A DNA stretch of 64,000 bases from Hyphomicrobiaceae bacterium (lineage in GTDB: Bacteria; Pseudomonadota; Alphaproteobacteria; Rhizobiales; Hyphomicrobiaceae). The stretch's first letter is position 1. Each line of letters starts with the position of its first letter. The notes under the pieces are model-generated. The model saw only the letters and a program-made list of their open reading frames with translations. It was not told where the DNA came from and searched no databases. Shown here one piece after another: positions 9,549-19,344 of this stretch. The stretch covers positions 980,017 through 1,044,016 of the forward strand of contig CBDCYD010000016.1 in the NCBI GenBank assembly GCA_965224045.1. The letters run 5' to 3'. The translations under genes were made by a program, and so were the position numbers.

Positions 9549-10373
9549 ATGGCGAACACCGGAGATCAATGGGGGTGGCCGGTCTGGCCCGACGTGACTT
9601 GGGGCGAAATCGAAAAACCGGTTGTGATCGCCGAAGGCCAAGCCCGGTCGCTGTCCTCGCATTCTGCACCGATTTCGGTTTCTTCGGCGTACATTATCGG
9701 CGTCAACGACAAGACCTTTCCTCAGGTGTGCGAGCGCATGCGCACGAACTCGCTGCATTTTTACGAGATGCGCGTTGGCAATCTCGATGGCCTGCGTCAG
9801 TTCGAAAACCTGCGCCATCTCTCCATTCGCTGGAACACCAAGATTACTGACATCACGCCGCTCGGCATGCTGCGGCAGCTCCAGACACTGGTGCTCGAAG
9901 ATGTGCCGAAAATCACTGAGCTGGCACCGTTGGCAACGCTCGATGAACTACGTGGGCTGGTGTATTCAGGCGGCATCTGGAACAAGAACAGGGCAAAGAC
10001 GCTGGCGCCGCTCGCCAAGTTGCGCCGCCTCGAAGACCTCCAGCTCTTAAACCTGACGGTCGCAGAAGGCGGGCTGCGTCCGTTGGCGGATTGCGCGAGC
10101 CTCAGGAAACTCGAGGTGTCGAACCAGTTCGAGACGGCCGACTACGCGTTTCTTTCCGTGCATTGCCCGGATCTGGTTTGCGATATGCTGGCGCCCTACG
10201 TTCGTCTCGGGCATCCGATCGAGGACAAGGACGTGATGGTTGTTGGCAAGCGCAAGCCGTTTCTGGATTCCCGAAAGGACGGTGAAAGGCTTGCGAAGTA
10301 CGAACGGGCGTTCGACAAGCTGCAAAGCCAGTTTCGTGTGGAGCGAAACGGGACTGCCGGAGAGCTGCCTTGA
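9549..10373 (+). CDS. Leucine-rich-repeat (internalin-like LRR) protein with no signal peptide
   Basis: Repeats of about 22 aa: LRHLSIRWNTKITDITPLGMLRQLQTLVLEDVPKITELAPLATLDELRGL. The start was chosen at MANTGDQ; the upstream part of the ORF is not protein-like. Confidence 0.55.
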   Translation: MANTGDQWGWPVWPDVTWGEIEKPVVIAEGQARSLSSHSAPISVSSAYIIGVNDKTFPQVCERMRTNSLHFYEMRVGNLDGLRQFENLRHLSIRWNTKITDITPLGMLRQLQTLVLEDVPKITELAPLATLDELRGLVYSGGIWNKNRAKTLAPLAKLRRLEDLQLLNLTVAEGGLRPLADCASLRKLEVSNQFETADYAFLSVHCPDLVCDMLAPYVRLGHPIEDKDVMVVGKRKPFLDSRKDGERLAKYERAFDKLQSQFRVERNGTAGELP

Positions 10374-10404
10374 GCGGGCACCGACACGGCGCGCTTCGCT
10401 GAAA

Positions 10405-11331
10405 TCACTCCGTTTGGCTTGACGCATGGGCCGTGCGCAGACAATCCAGAAAGACGCGGGCTATGCGCGCGGGCTTGGGGTGGCGCCTGACGACGGCGAA
10501 GAATTCCGTGTCGTAGCGGTAGCGGTCGGGTCGAACCTTTCTGATTGCCCCGCGTTCGATCAAGGGCTGGGCAAAATGATCGGGCAAAAAGCCGATGTAG
10601 CGCCCGGACTGTACGAGGATAGCCAGAGCCTCCTGATCATCGACCAGGGCATTTCGGTTGAGCCGCTCTTTCTGCGTGATCACCATGTTCGGCGAGTTGA
10701 ACTTGAGCCCTGCATATCGCGATGCCCTGATGTCGCGCGGTGAGATACTCTTGTCGTCGCGCGCGAACCATGGATGGGTTGCGCCGCAGAACAGAAACAT
10801 CCGCTCATCGTAGAGCGGGTAATAATCGAGGCTCGCCGATTTCCTGTGGTTCGGCACAATGCCGACATGTATTTCACCGTTGAGCAGCCCCTTTTCCGTG
10901 TCGTCCGTGCCGAGGATGGCGACCTGCAGATTGACGTCCGGGGCGCGTTCATCAAACCTGCGAAATGCGGCTGCCACCTGAGCCTTAGGATTGGTCATCG
11001 TCATGTCGAACAGTGCGATGGAAAGGCGTCCGACCAAACGGTTGTTGACCTCGTTGACTTCGAGAGCAAAGTTGTCGACCGAGGCCAGGAGATGGTTTGC
11101 CGCCTCGAATACCCGGCCACCTTCTTCCGTCAGGGCGAAGCCGCCGGGGCCGCGGTCGCACAGTTTGACGCCGAGGCGAAGCTCGAGGTCGCTGAGCTGG
11201 CGGCTGATGGTGGATCTGCCGATATTCAGGACCGCCTCGGCCGCCGCAATTCCGCCGGACTGGACGATCGTCTGAAACACGCGGAGCAGCCGGATGTCGG
11301 TTTGCTGGATGTGGCGCGGTCGCTTCGCCAT
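10405..11331 (-). CDS. LysR-family transcriptional regulator
   Basis: N-terminal HTH (LRVFQTIVQSGGIAAAEAVLNIGRSTISRQLSDLELRLGVKLCDRGPGG) and a LysR substrate-binding region. It is divergent from the aminotransferase-ald cluster. Confidence 0.8.
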   Translation of the reverse strand: MAKRPRHIQQTDIRLLRVFQTIVQSGGIAAAEAVLNIGRSTISRQLSDLELRLGVKLCDRGPGGFALTEEGGRVFEAANHLLASVDNFALEVNEVNNRLVGRLSIALFDMTMTNPKAQVAAAFRRFDERAPDVNLQVAILGTDDTEKGLLNGEIHVGIVPNHRKSASLDYYPLYDERMFLFCGATHPWFARDDKSISPRDIRASRYAGLKFNSPNMVITQKERLNRNALVDDQEALAILVQSGRYIGFLPDHFAQPLIERGAIRKVRPDRYRYDTEFFAVVRRHPKPARIARVFLDCLRTAHASSQTE

Positions 11332-11577
11332 GTCGTCCAAAGTTTCATGAATATGCAATCTAGTGTGTAAATTATCTGATTGTTGCAATCTTGTCATCGT
11401 GCAATTTTGATGGCGATGACAATCGCGGACGGGGCGTAACTGTGTCCCGTCCGAAGAACGGTGAAATTTGTATTGTCAGTCTCTGGCATTTCTACCTGCT
11501 GCCGGCACGCCTGCAACACCAAGCCGCGTCGGTCCAGCCGGTGTCGATAGCGTCACGGGACGGGAAAGCGCAAGGCC

Positions 11578-12963
11578 ATGCTGCATCAGGGAATGAACGA
11601 CTTCGAAAACGTGATCGAAGCTGATCGCGCCAACGTTTGGCATCATCTGGCACAACACAAGAAATTCGAGACGGCCGACCCGCTCGTTGTCGTTGAAGGC
11701 AAGGGAATGCGGGTGTGGAATGCCGCCGGGCGCGAGTATGTCGACGCCGTGTCCGGGGGCGTGTGGACAGTCAACGTCGGCTATGGCCGCGAGTCCATCG
11801 CCAATGCCGTGCGCGATCAACTCGTCAAGCTCAACTTCTTTGCCAATACCGCAGGCAACGTGCCGGCAGCCTTGTTCGCGGAAAGTCTTATCGCAAGGAT
11901 GCCGGGCATGAGCCGGGTCTACTATTCGAACTCGGGTTCGGAAGCGAACGAGAAGGCCTACAAGATCGTGCGCCAGATTGCGCACAACAAGTATGGCGGC
12001 AAAAAGCACAAGATCCTCTACCGCAATCGCGACTATCACGGTACGACGATCACGGCTCTGTCGTCGTGCGGCCAGGACCAGCGCAAAGACCAGTACGGTC
12101 CCTTTACGCCGGGGTTCGTCGAGGTGCCGCATTGCCTCGAATATCGGTCGCAGTGGGGCGAGGTCGACGATTATGGCGTCAGGGCCGCCAACGCTATCGA
12201 AGAGATCATCCTGCGCGAGGGTGCCGACACGGTTGGCGCGTTGATCCTGGAGCCGATCACGGCCGGCGGCGGTGTCATCTTGCCGCCGAAGGGGTATTGG
12301 GACCGCGTCCAGGAAATCTGCAAGGCGCACGACGTCTTGCTGATCATCGACGAGGTTGTCTGCGGCATGGGCCGCACCGGGACCTGGTTCGGCTATCAGC
12401 ACTACGGTATCGAGCCCGACATCGTGACGATGGCGAAAGGGGTTGCCTCGGGGTATGCAGCCATTTCGTGCACGGTTACGACCGAGGCGGTGTTCAATGA
12501 GTTCAAATCCGACCCCGACGATCCGATGAACTATTTCCGAGATATTTCAACGTTCGGCGGATGTGCCGGGGGACCGGCCGCCGCGCTCGAGAACATGCGC
12601 ATTCTCGAGGACGAAAATCTCCTCGAAAACTGCACCGCGATGGGTGCCTACCTGATGGACAAACTCGAGGAGCTCAAGTCACGGCATAAGATCATTGGCG
12701 ACGTTCGTGGCAAGGGCCTGTTCTGCGGCGCGGAGTTGGTAAGTGATCGTGATACGAAGGAACCGGTCGCCGAGAACGTCGTGCAGGCCGTCGTGGCGGA
12801 CTGCATGGCGCAGTCCGGTGTCATCATCGGTGCCACCAATCGGTCGCTTGCGGGCCTCAACAATACGCTGTGCCTGAGCCCGGCGCTGATCTGCAGCAAA
12901 TCCGACATAGACGAGATCGTCGCGGCGATCGACGGGGCGTTGGCCCGGGTCGTGGCGGACTGA
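11578..12963 (+). CDS. Class III (omega) aminotransferase, taurine/beta-alanine-pyruvate aminotransferase-like
   Basis: Class III PLP-enzyme motifs: SGSEANE, IIDEVVCGMGRTG, and the PLP lysine in TMAKGVASGY. GGVWTVNVGYGRE resembles pyruvate-dependent omega-transaminases. Confidence 0.85.
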   Translation: MLHQGMNDFENVIEADRANVWHHLAQHKKFETADPLVVVEGKGMRVWNAAGREYVDAVSGGVWTVNVGYGRESIANAVRDQLVKLNFFANTAGNVPAALFAESLIARMPGMSRVYYSNSGSEANEKAYKIVRQIAHNKYGGKKHKILYRNRDYHGTTITALSSCGQDQRKDQYGPFTPGFVEVPHCLEYRSQWGEVDDYGVRAANAIEEIILREGADTVGALILEPITAGGGVILPPKGYWDRVQEICKAHDVLLIIDEVVCGMGRTGTWFGYQHYGIEPDIVTMAKGVASGYAAISCTVTTEAVFNEFKSDPDDPMNYFRDISTFGGCAGGPAAALENMRILEDENLLENCTAMGAYLMDKLEELKSRHKIIGDVRGKGLFCGAELVSDRDTKEPVAENVVQAVVADCMAQSGVIIGATNRSLAGLNNTLCLSPALICSKSDIDEIVAAIDGALARVVAD

Positions 12964-13119
12964 TCAGGCAATGGCATGGCAGGTCGCCCGCACGGCGCAT
13001 GCCATGTCACACAAAAAATTCGAACTGTCACGGGCCACCCTGTTATTCTCACGGGGTGGCAATTCTACGATCATCCACCATCTGCCAGACGTTGCCGCAA
13101 GTGCGGAAGGAGGCTCTCG

Positions 13120-14235
13120 ATGCGCATTGGGGTTCCAAAGGAAATCAAGGTTCGCGAATATCGTGTCGGCATGACACCGACCAGTGTCCGCGAGGCTGTC
13201 AGCCATGGCCATGACGTTTTAGTCGAGGCCGGGGCCGGCGCCGGTATTGGCGTGACGAACGAAGACTACGAGCGCGCCGGCGCCACAATCGCGGCAAGCG
13301 CGGCCGAGGTCTTCGAGCGCGCGGACATGATCGTGAAGGTCAAGGAACCGCAAGCTGTCGAGCGGGCGATGTTGCAGGACGGCCAGATCCTGTTCACCTA
13401 TCTGCATCTCGCGCCGGACCCGGAGCAGACTGCTGATCTGGTGAACAGCGGTGCCATATGCATCGCCTATGAGACCGTAACGTCGGCGACGGGCGGACTG
13501 CCGCTTCTGGCGCCCATGTCGGAGGTGGCCGGGCGGATGTCGATCCAGGCCGGGGCTTACTTTCTGGAAAAAGCGCACGGCGGGCTTGGCGTGCTGCTCG
13601 GCGGTGTGCCGGGGGTCGACCCGGCCAAGGTTGTCGTGCTCGGTGGCGGGGTTGTCGGGACGCACGCCATCCACATCGCGCTCGGGATGGGGGCCGACGT
13701 GTGGGTGCTGGACCGCAATGTCGATGCGCTGCGTCGCCTGTGGACGCAATTTGATCGCCCGCTCAACACCGTGTACTCGACCGCCGATGCGATCGACCGG
13801 CATGTTGCCGAAGCCGATCTCGTCATCGGCGGGGTCTTGATCCCCGGGGCGTCGGCGCCGAAACTGATTACGCGGGACCATATCAAGATGATGAAGCCCG
13901 GTTCGGTGATTGTCGATGTTGCGATCGACCAGGGCGGGTGCACGGAAACCTCAAAACCGACCACGCATGACGAGCCGACCTACGTTGTCGACGACGTTAT
14001 CCACTATTGTGTTGCCAACATGCCGGGCGGCGTGCCCAAGACATCGACCTACGCGTTGAACAACGTTACGCTGCCGTTCACGTTGCAACTGGCGGACAAG
14101 GGGTGGCGCAAAGCGCTGGCGGACAATCCGCATCTCAAGGACGGGCTCAACGTTGCCTCTGGCAAGGTGACGTGCGAGCCGGTTGCCTCGGCGCTGGGCT
14201 ATGACTACACACCGGCGGACCAGATATTGGGGTGA
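13120..14235 (+). CDS. ald: Alanine dehydrogenase
   Basis: [21 protein letters not shown]-terminus, Rossmann motif VVLGGGVVG, and the 371-aa length typical of Ald. A GGAAGGAGG RBS lies 7 nt upstream of the ATG at 13120. Confidence 0.92.
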   Translation: MRIGVPKEIKVREYRVGMTPTSVREAVSHGHDVLVEAGAGAGIGVTNEDYERAGATIAASAAEVFERADMIVKVKEPQAVERAMLQDGQILFTYLHLAPDPEQTADLVNSGAICIAYETVTSATGGLPLLAPMSEVAGRMSIQAGAYFLEKAHGGLGVLLGGVPGVDPAKVVVLGGGVVGTHAIHIALGMGADVWVLDRNVDALRRLWTQFDRPLNTVYSTADAIDRHVAEADLVIGGVLIPGASAPKLITRDHIKMMKPGSVIVDVAIDQGGCTETSKPTTHDEPTYVVDDVIHYCVANMPGGVPKTSTYALNNVTLPFTLQLADKGWRKALADNPHLKDGLNVASGKVTCEPVASALGYDYTPADQILG

Positions 14236-14434
14236 GGCTGGCCGGCGAGCAGGCAGGTGCCGGCGCTACGGCTGCCGCGGCAAGCCATACGACGCGCAAC
14301 CGGCGGCTGCCGCGAACGCCTTCCGTTTCGCGTGATCGCTGGATTGCCGTTCTATCGATTTGTTCCCGGCGTTGCATGAGGTAGTGTGCCGGAGGCCGGT
14401 CGGAACTTGGGCTCGGCGGAGGCAGGAGACGACG

Positions 14435-15319
14435 ATGCAGGATGTGGCGGCCAGCGGCCGAACTCTGAAGGTCTTGAAAGATGCGCAAGTGCGCGCCTAC
14501 GAGGAACATGGATTTCTCGGTCTGGAGGCCTTTGTCCAGGGCGAGTGGCTCGCCAATCTGCAGGACGTGACGCAGCGCATGGTCGAGGAAAGCCGCACCG
14601 TTACGAAGTCCGATGACAAGTTCGACGTCGAGCCGGATCACACGCCGGAAAAGCCACGCCTGCGCCGTTTGATGAAGCCGCAGGACTTCGACCCGGTCTA
14701 TACGGAGTTTGCCTTGAACGGGCCGATCGTCGATATCGCCGAGGACCTGCTCGGGCCGGACATCAAGTTCCACCACGGCAAATTGAACTTCAAGTGGTCC
14801 GGTGGCGGTGCTGAAATCAAATGGCATCAGGACATCCCGTTCTGGCCGCACACCGCCTATAACGTTTTGACGATCGGCGTGGCGCTCGATGATATCGACG
14901 ATGAAATGGGGCCAATGGGCGTCGTACCGGGCAGCCACAAGGGGCCTGTCTACGATCACTACGACCGCGACGGTGCGTGGTGCGGTTACATCGACGATGC
15001 CGACGTCGCAAAGATCGACATCGGCAGGACGCACTATCTCAAGGGACCGGCGGGCAGCGTCACCGTTCACCATTGCCGGTGCGTGCACGGTTCGATGCCG
15101 AACAACCACCCGACGCGTGCCCGGCCGTTTCTGCTGTTTGCCTATTCGGCGGCCAACTGCCTGCCGCTGATGCCCTACAACCAGCAAAGTCGGCACAACG
15201 GCGCCATCGTGCGCGGGCAGCATCCCGCCTATCCGGTGTTCGAGGGAGAACCGTGCAAGCTGCCGCCCATGCGCTCGAAGATGGCGCGATCAATCTTTCA
15301 GGCGCAGCAGGGCAATTGA
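14435..15319 (+). CDS. Phytanoyl-CoA dioxygenase (PhyH) family Fe(II)/2-oxoglutarate oxygenase
   Basis: PhyH-like N-terminus (YEEHGFLGLEAFV), an HxD motif (WHQDIPFW), and a distal His (TVHHCRCVHGS). An RBS (GGCAGGAGA) precedes the ATG at 14435. Confidence 0.75.
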   Translation: MQDVAASGRTLKVLKDAQVRAYEEHGFLGLEAFVQGEWLANLQDVTQRMVEESRTVTKSDDKFDVEPDHTPEKPRLRRLMKPQDFDPVYTEFALNGPIVDIAEDLLGPDIKFHHGKLNFKWSGGGAEIKWHQDIPFWPHTAYNVLTIGVALDDIDDEMGPMGVVPGSHKGPVYDHYDRDGAWCGYIDDADVAKIDIGRTHYLKGPAGSVTVHHCRCVHGSMPNNHPTRARPFLLFAYSAANCLPLMPYNQQSRHNGAIVRGQHPAYPVFEGEPCKLPPMRSKMARSIFQAQQGN

Positions 15320-15498
15320 TACCTTGCGGGCGCTGGTCGCGGGGCGCGCTGCATGTCAAAGCGCCTGTCGGCTCGCCAGCGTCGGCATGTTGAGCCTGCA
15401 TCCACATGCCGCTCCGGGACTTCGGAACAGGCCTGGTTCACGGCGGGAGTGCAGAACGCCTGGCGGCGTCTGCCGTTTCCCGCCGTTTCCTTGCGCGA

Positions 15499-15987
15499 TC
15501 AGGGTTTTATGTAGGTATAACCCTGGGCCTGCAGCTTGGCGAGTTCAGCTACCCCGCTTTGAACGATATCTTTCTTATCGACACCGTAAAGATGCTCTTC
15601 ATAGTTGATCTTGCGGCCTCGGAGCGTGTTGCCGCAGACGTGGAATGAAACGCCCTGCGTCTTCAATCCTTCAATCTTGGCGGTCATCTTGTTGTCGGCG
15701 TTGGCAAACTTCATTTTGTTCGTTTTGCCGAGAGATTCAGGTTCCAGCAGCAATGACAAGCCGTTGCCATGCAACACGACCTTCAGGTCCAAATTGTCGG
15801 CGCCGACGGCGTTGATGTGGTTTTGGATATTCCTGAGTGCGCCGGCTTGGGCTTTGGGGTTGTCGTAGTTGATGTGATAGACGACTTTCTGCTTGCCATA
15901 GCCCTCGGCCATCAGCGTGACTGGTTGAACCGCCAGCATCCCGATTGCAAGCATGGCGGCCAGCACCATTTTGATCATGCGTAACAT
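15499..15987 (-). CDS. DsrE/DsrF-like family protein with a signal peptide
   Basis: An AGGAGG RBS lies 6 nt before the ATG at 15987. Signal peptide MLRMIKMVLAAMLAIGMLAVQPVTLMA. The core KVVYHIN...LKVVLHGNGL...FHVCGNTL resembles DsrE-fold proteins. Confidence 0.6.
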   Translation of the reverse strand: MLRMIKMVLAAMLAIGMLAVQPVTLMAEGYGKQKVVYHINYDNPKAQAGALRNIQNHINAVGADNLDLKVVLHGNGLSLLLEPESLGKTNKMKFANADNKMTAKIEGLKTQGVSFHVCGNTLRGRKINYEEHLYGVDKKDIVQSGVAELAKLQAQGYTYIKP

Positions 15988-16258
15988 TGGTTTCCTCCTG
16001 TCGTCTTGATTGGCGGATCGATGCATCGCTCGTTCGCGCTGCGACAGAATGGACCTATGACGTGCAATATGCAATCACTTATTCGAATTTATGAATGTTT
16101 AAAGTGACGGCGCTTTGCGACGGACAACCTGGTGCGCGGCCTGAGGCATTTGTTGGTCGATGGACGGGCATCCGCGATGGCACGCAGCGCGAGTGCGATG
16201 CGTGCCGGCCCCGTGCTGCTGCTGCCGAACCTCGGATGACGCCAACGTTTTGCGTTGC

Positions 16259-17140
16259 CTACGCGACCACCTGATTGATCTCGATGAACCTTGCTTCCGG
16301 ATCGAACGTATAGACCTGACGGGTGCCGGCCATGGCGTAGGTGCCGGCGTCGGTGTAGAGGTGGCCGGCGGCGTCGAGGCGGGCCTTGACGGCATCGATG
16401 TCGGGAACCGTGATGGCATAGTGGCCGCCAATCGTCGGATTATGCATGAAGCCATTGTTCGTGGCGAAATCCGGCATCGGCTTGACGATGTGCAGGCCGC
16501 GGTTTTCCTTGCCGAAAATTGAGAGGTGTTCTGGATCGGTGTGAAACTTGCCGCGCTGTTTATCGTCGGGGAAGTGCCAGGCGTCTTGCGGCAGGCCGAC
16601 GACGTCGCGGAAGAAGGCGGTGGATTGCGGCACGTCGAAGGCCGGCAGGTTGACGTGATGGATGTACCAGCCGCCGGGCTCGACCCGAACATCGTGCGCC
16701 TCGCCGGTGCGTGGCGGCGTGCCGCCAATGTCGTCGACAATGGCATTGATTTCGATGACGTTCATCGCTGGATCGTAAAAGTAGATCTGGTGTGCGCCCG
16801 CCATGGCGTAGCTGCCGGCGTCGGAATAGACGACACCGGCCCGTTCGAGGCGGGCGCGCACGCCGTCGAGGTCGGATACCGTGATGGCGACGTGGCCGCC
16901 AACCGTCGGGTTGTGAAAGAAGCCGTTGTCGTGCGCAAACGTCGGGATCGGCTTGACGACGTGCATGCCGCGGTTGCCGGAACCGAACACGGCGATGGTG
17001 TCTTCGCTGTGATGGAGTTCGCCGGCGTTTTCCGGGTAGGTCCAGGTGCCGGGCTGCATGCCGATGATGTTGCGCAGAAAGGCGGCGGTGCGCTTGACGT
17101 TCACGGCGGGGGTGTTGATGTGATGAATGTACCAGTCCAT
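16259..17140 (-). CDS. Two-module VOC (glyoxalase/bleomycin-resistance/extradiol dioxygenase) family protein
   Basis: Two homologous halves of about 140 aa (WYIHHIN...GGHVAITVSDLD... and WYIHHVN...GGHYAITVPDID...), consistent with paired beta-alpha-beta-beta-beta modules. Confidence 0.7.
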   Translation of the reverse strand: MDWYIHHINTPAVNVKRTAAFLRNIIGMQPGTWTYPENAGELHHSEDTIAVFGSGNRGMHVVKPIPTFAHDNGFFHNPTVGGHVAITVSDLDGVRARLERAGVVYSDAGSYAMAGAHQIYFYDPAMNVIEINAIVDDIGGTPPRTGEAHDVRVEPGGWYIHHVNLPAFDVPQSTAFFRDVVGLPQDAWHFPDDKQRGKFHTDPEHLSIFGKENRGLHIVKPMPDFATNNGFMHNPTIGGHYAITVPDIDAVKARLDAAGHLYTDAGTYAMAGTRQVYTFDPEARFIEINQVVA

Positions 17141-17208
17141 TGGAGGCTCGATGATGGGGGTCTCGATGTTGGGCGCCGAGCGTGCACAGCGCGCTTCGCG
17201 TAGGTCGC

Positions 17209-17628
17209 CTAGGCGAGGACGGCGCGGATCTTGTCGGCGTTGGCCTTGAGGTCGGCCGGGTCCGCCATCTCGCCGGTGTGCGGGCGCAGCCTGACGCCAT
17301 CATGTCGCGGCAGGACATGATAGTGGAGGTGGAAGACCACCTGGCCTCCGGCGGGCTCGTTGAACTGCTGGATGGTCACGCCTTCGGCGCCAAAGGCCCG
17401 CATGACCGCGTGGCTCATTTTCTGTACCGTCAGCATACAGGCCGCGAGCTGTTCCGGCGTCGCGTCCAGAACGTTGCGGGCCGGCGTCTTGGGGATGACG
17501 AGCACATGGCCGTCGGTGCGCGGCATGATATCCATGATCACCAGCGTGTCGTCGTCTTCGTAAACGCGCTCGGACGGCATCTCGTTGCGCAGGATCTTGG
17601 CGAAGACGTTGTCATTGTCGTAGCTCAT
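17209..17628 (-). CDS. HIT (histidine triad) family protein
   Basis: The HIT motif HLHYHVLP is present, along with FAKILRNEMPSERVYEDDDTLVIMDI typical of Hint-like proteins. Confidence 0.88.
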   Translation of the reverse strand: MSYDNDNVFAKILRNEMPSERVYEDDDTLVIMDIMPRTDGHVLVIPKTPARNVLDATPEQLAACMLTVQKMSHAVMRAFGAEGVTIQQFNEPAGGQVVFHLHYHVLPRHDGVRLRPHTGEMADPADLKANADKIRAVLA

Positions 17629-17796
17629 GGCGATGGTGTCCTCTTTCGAAGCAACGTTGCAGATCTGGTTAGGCTCTTAAACGGTTTTTTCCGGTTTGTT
17701 TACAGCTATGCCAGCGCGACCGGTGGACACTGGCCGAAGTAGCGGCCGGCCGGCGTGCGGGAGAAGCGGATCACACAAGCAACACGGAAACTGGTC

Positions 17797-18096
17797 ATGG
17801 ATGAGCAATCGGAATTGGCGGTTGAGGACGATGAAGCGGCCTTCGATGTCAACGATCTTGGCGGTGCCTATCTGAGCGCGCGCCGGGTGCATCGCCGGGT
17901 TGTGCTGGTGTGTGCGATCAGCGGCGTCATCGGAACCGCGATCCTGGTCTACATGGCGCTTGGCGGCGCAACGCGCGGAAACATTCTCAAGCCGGTCGGT
18001 TTCGATCGCGGTGGGCGTACGGGTCACCCAGCCTCGTTGGCGACGTTGCGGTATGGTCCGTACTCAGCAAGGGCGGTGCGCGAACGCTCGACGTAG
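17797..18096 (+). CDS. Hypothetical small protein with one predicted TM helix (weak call)
   Basis: ORF with an acidic N-terminus and a hydrophobic stretch (VVLVCAISGVIGTAILVYMALGG). Its 3' end overlaps the convergent GNAT gene by about 70 nt, and no clear RBS is present. Confidence 0.2.
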   Translation: MDEQSELAVEDDEAAFDVNDLGGAYLSARRVHRRVVLVCAISGVIGTAILVYMALGGATRGNILKPVGFDRGGRTGHPASLATLRYGPYSARAVRERST

Positions 18097-19205
18097 GCGC
18101 GTTCATCTTCGAGATAGGCGGCGATGGCGCGGCGAAAGCTCGGGTTCGGAATATGGTGGGCCGAATAAGTGGCGGCCGGCATGTAACCGCGCGCCAACTT
18201 GTGATCGCCTTGGGCGCCGGCCTCGACCCGGTCGAGGCGGCGGTTGATCGCAAAGTCGATTGCCTGATAGTAGCAGACTTCGAAATGCAGGCAGGGGTGG
18301 TGCTCGATCGCACCCCAGTAGCGCCCATAGAGGCAGTCGCCGCCAACGAGGTTTAAGGCGCCGGCGATGTAATCTCCGTCGCGCGAGACCATGATCAACA
18401 GGCAGCGCTCGCGCAACACGTCGCCGAGCAGCGAAAAAAACGTCCGGTTGAGATAGGGCCGGCCCCATTTGCGGCTGCCGGTTTCCATGTAGAACATGTA
18501 CATGGCATCCCAGTGCGCCTCGGTGATGTCGCTGCCGGTGACCCAATCGATGGACAGGCCTGCATCGACGGCCTGGCGTCGCTCCTTGCGGATCGTCTTG
18601 CGTTTGCGCGAGGTGAGGCCTGCAAGAAAATCGTCGAAGGTTGCGTATCCTTGGTTCTGCCAGTGAAACTGCTGGTCGGTGCGCTGCAGGAATCCGAGGT
18701 CTGCAAGGCGTTGCCATTGGGCGCAGGTTGGAAAATTGACGTGCAGTGAAGATACATCGTAGCGGCGCACGAGTTCGGCGGCGCCGGCAACTAGCAGGGC
18801 TTCGCGCGCCTCGGCGTTGGGGCCGGGCCGAAGAAGCAGGCGTCGGCCGGGCACCGGCGTGAAGGGAACTGCCGAGACGAGCTTCGGGTAATAGTTGCCG
18901 CCGGCGCGCTCGAAGGCGTCGGCCCAGCCGTAGTCGAAGACGTACTCGCCCTTGCTGTGTGATTTCGCATAGAGCGGCATACATGCCTGGACGGTGCCGA
19001 CGGCGTCTTTGAGGAGCAAATGCTGGGGTTGCCAGCCGGTACGCGGATGAACCGTCTCTGCGTCCTCGAGCGCTTTCAGAAAGGCGTGGGAGATGAACGG
19101 ATCGAAGGTGGCGGGATCGGGATTGGCGCAGGCGTCCCATTCGGATGCCGCAACTTCCGACATCGCGCCTGCGACCTCAACAACCGCCTCGCTCTCGTCG
19201 CTCAT
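18024..19205 (-). CDS. GNAT-fold acyltransferase of the DUF482 / FemAB-like (COG3146) family
   Basis: About 393 aa. It carries strings conserved in this family as I recall it (FLSHAFLKALE-type FISHAFLKALEDA, YYPKLVSAVPFTP, YFEVCYYQAIDFAI). The start is ambiguous (19205 or 19211). Confidence 0.65.
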   Translation of the reverse strand: MSDESEAVVEVAGAMSEVAASEWDACANPDPATFDPFISHAFLKALEDAETVHPRTGWQPQHLLLKDAVGTVQACMPLYAKSHSKGEYVFDYGWADAFERAGGNYYPKLVSAVPFTPVPGRRLLLRPGPNAEAREALLVAGAAELVRRYDVSSLHVNFPTCAQWQRLADLGFLQRTDQQFHWQNQGYATFDDFLAGLTSRKRKTIRKERRQAVDAGLSIDWVTGSDITEAHWDAMYMFYMETGSRKWGRPYLNRTFFSLLGDVLRERCLLIMVSRDGDYIAGALNLVGGDCLYGRYWGAIEHHPCLHFEVCYYQAIDFAINRRLDRVEAGAQGDHKLARGYMPAATYSAHHIPNPSFRRAIAAYLEDERAYVERSRTALAEYGPYRNVANEAG

Positions 19206-19344
19206 CACCATCCTTTGCGTTGCGGTGCCCGCGGTTTGCCCGCGCCATTGATCTCTGCGGCATTGAAGCATGATATTGTCGATATTTTAACGTCAAATCC
19301 GGGGTAATCTTGGCAGCAGTCCTAGGAACAAGGCGAATACGACA

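Noticed and set aside
11476-12402. 308-aa minus-strand ORF
   Set aside because: It is antisense to the class III aminotransferase gene, a shadow ORF.
12976-13119. N-terminal 48-codon extension of ald
   Set aside because: The canonical Ald N-terminus MRIGVPKE starts at 13120 with a strong GGAAGGAGG RBS. The upstream residues are not Ald-like.
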